Below are positions 61,564 through 64,000 of a stretch of DNA of 64,000 nt, one piece after another. Both the position numbers and the translations under genes were made by a program. Below the pieces are notes generated by a model, which saw only the letters and a list, made by a program, of their open reading frames with translations, had not been told where the DNA came from and searched no databases. Source of the DNA: Haplodiscus bocki (Eukaryota); assembly GCA_965655095.1 (NCBI GenBank), contig OZ296650.1:118606001-118670000 (forward strand). Reading direction: 5' to 3'. Within the stretch, counting starts at the first letter, position 1, and every line of letters starts with the position of its first letter.

Positions 61564-64000
61564 CAAGAGGCGCAGTCGCAATGCGATAGATGCCATCGAA
61601 AAGGTGCAATAACGAACCGAACAATCGAAGATACAACAAAAGGTTCCAATACAAAGATCCATGTTTGAGAGAAGAAAAAGTCGTCGGTTGAGACTTTTAC
61701 CAAATGTTCAAGCTTGTAGCTCTAGAGAACTATGAGTTTTAATAACGACAAAAAATTTCAAAATTGCATTTTCTGTCGTTTTCTGTCTTTATAGCGTCCG
61801 GTCTTTGTATAAAAATTGAAAATTCTCATTTCAGAGAACCTTTTAAAGATAGAAAAATCTTATTTTATAACTTGACAGATGAAATCAAGCCATATGTTTA
61901 GTAAAAGTGTGAGGTTGAAAAGCGAGGTTTTTCCGTAACAAAATTTTTTTGGCTAAATCTGGTCAATTGAAACAAACATATGAAGAAAAACCTCATTGTT
62001 GCATTGTCAAGTAGTCTTTACAATCAAATCGCTGTCGATTGGAACCTTTTGGAAAAAATAACCCGATAGTGTTGAAAAATGCAGTTCAGGAATCATGACC
62101 AGGTATGCGGGTATATCGGCTCTGGCAAATTGAGCTAATCAATGTAGCGGTGGACGGATTTTAGCCTAGGTTTTAATTTTTCAGCGCACCTCTAGGAAAA
62201 ACAAAAAGTCAAATAAGACATCGATATGAGAAAATCTCTCGAAAGTCGTGAAAGAATTCAGTTTCACTACCGAGATCTCTGAACACTCTGAGAGACATTT
62301 TTGCATTTTTGCAGAGCTAGCAATCCGATGTGAGAAATTAAGTCAACGCTTTTTAGAACCATAGTTCTTTGTAGAAAGCTGCTGATTAGGTTGTGGATGG
62401 AACAAATCGAGCCATTAGTTACGGTGGAACACGAATTGAAAGATCGAGATGAATCGATTTACTATCAGCATAATTGCAGTTTTTTGCATTCTGGGATTGG
62501 AAAGATTCTAAGGCAAACCCTTCGGTAGTAAATCGTTCTGGGAAACACTCACAAGCAGCTGATTGAGACCTTCATGGAAGATGTCGAGCCAAAAGTTATG
62601 AGCAAATTCGAATGGCACTATCTAGATAAATCATTTAAAAGCTGATCCTGCCATTTTCAGACTGTCAGTATTCCAACGCTGGGAAGAAATGATCTTTTTT
62701 AAGGAAGTGTTCTAACGGAAGGGAAAAATTGCCCCCTGAAACCTTCGTGGATGCATTGAAATCGAAAGGTCTTGAGAATGAATACTTCGAATAACAAGCT
62801 GGTTCAATACAAACATAGGTTTTGTTACTTTTGCAGTAACACACTTCTGGTTCAAGTAAATCAATCTTCGAATTTTCAATCAAATACTTTTGCGGAAAAA
62901 GCGCTGGCGATACAGACCTTGACGGAACAAACAAAGCCCAGAAAGATGGGGACATTTCAACCTGACAATCCAGATAAGTCATCAAGAAAAGTAAAGAAAC
63001 AGTTTAAAGCTAACTAGAGAACCAAAGGGAGTCCAACTGAAAGAACAAAGTCGATGCGTTCTCCGACAAAAATCTCCCATATGTAGAGATTTGCTGAATG
63101 ATGCCTTCCTGGAGGAAATTGAACTAACAGTTTTGATGAAAAACGAGTTTCCTTCCCGAGATACGTTAAAAGTAACAGAAGTTTTTGGCACATTGACCGT
63201 CAGGCTTCCGGTAACTTGAAAAATTTCAGATTTTTGTCATCGTAAAACCTCTCAAAACCTCAATTTTGCTGATGGATCCCTCGGTGGAAGAATTCAATTC
63301 ATTAGTTTTAGAGAATTCTGAAAAGGAAATTGGAGTTTAATCAAAACTATTAGCATGTTACCAGTTTCTGATTTTTTTTGAAAACTCAGGTTTGCAGCGG
63401 AAAGATCTACAACAAAATTTTTTTGAAACAGTTGTCTTCCATGGAAAACGCTTCGGACTTAGATCATGTTGGAACAACTCGACCTCGTATTTGTCGATGA
63501 TTTGTTTTTTGATGATCCAGATAAGTCAACATTAAAACAAGCGAGCCAGTTTTAGGTTTTTTGTAACAAACTATTTTTCAAAGCATAAAAAAACGACAGT
63601 TGCTCGATATGAAAATACTCGAAAAATAGAAAGCTGCTAGGTGTTACTCTGAGGGGAGTAAAACTTGTAAAATTTTTGCAGAAAAAAGAAATCCAATACC
63701 GAATTACCTTGAATTTATCAGAAAGTTTTGTCGCTTTGACCGTAAACGTTCCGGTTCCTTGCGAAAAAATGGAGATTTGTCAACTTGAAAGTTCCCAGAT
63801 TTGGAAAGAGTGCTGATTGGTACATCATTGAGAGAAACTTTTTAAAAAATTATGGAGAAATGGGACATTCAAAATCGAGATAAGTGGAAACTGAAGGAAT
63901 GGTAGGATTTTTCGGATGTTTTGCACAATCGGGTGTTCAAACAAAAAAAGCAAAGGAAAAAATCTTCCCACAGCAAATTGCTCCACAAAAAACACTGCTG
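61564..64000 (+). repeat. Long dispersed element starting with the CAAGAGGCGCAGTCGCA terminus, carrying diverged copies of the ~175-bp unit
   Basis: Start homologous to 41193-41560; unit-like motifs at ~62400-62640 and ~63800-63900. Confidence 0.45.

Overview
AT-rich, intron-containing eukaryotic DNA, very likely from an invertebrate animal (inference), with three host genes in a dense transposon landscape. 1-3186 is the right end of a decayed Polinton/Maverick (adintovirus-like) element: penton, small basic core protein, major capsid protein, adenain protease and an ACTACT terminus. 5529-15332 is a complete but decayed GalEa-type Ty1/copia LTR retrotransposon on the minus strand (129-bp LTRs, ATTTC target duplication). 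Its gag is interrupted by an apparently full-length CR1-group LINE (10208-15063) with an unusual three-ORF layout: SGNH-hydrolase-like ORF0, PHD/RRM ORF1, APE-RT ORF2. Three spliced host genes follow on the + strand: a divergent CAML/GET2 (2 exons), a LIR + coiled-coil + UBAN + zinc-finger protein of the optineurin/NEMO/ABIN family (3 exons), and AIMP1/EMAP-II (3 exons). Introns and intergenic DNA hold an internally deleted Tigger/pogo, several families of non-autonomous Helentron-like (HINE/DINE-1-like) elements, satellite-like tandem arrays, and old Gypsy and BEL/Pao relics. One Helentron-like copy appears to have captured a CAML intron-exon junction, and several carry tRNA-like Pol III heads. 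All calls come from reading motifs by eye; no database search was run.
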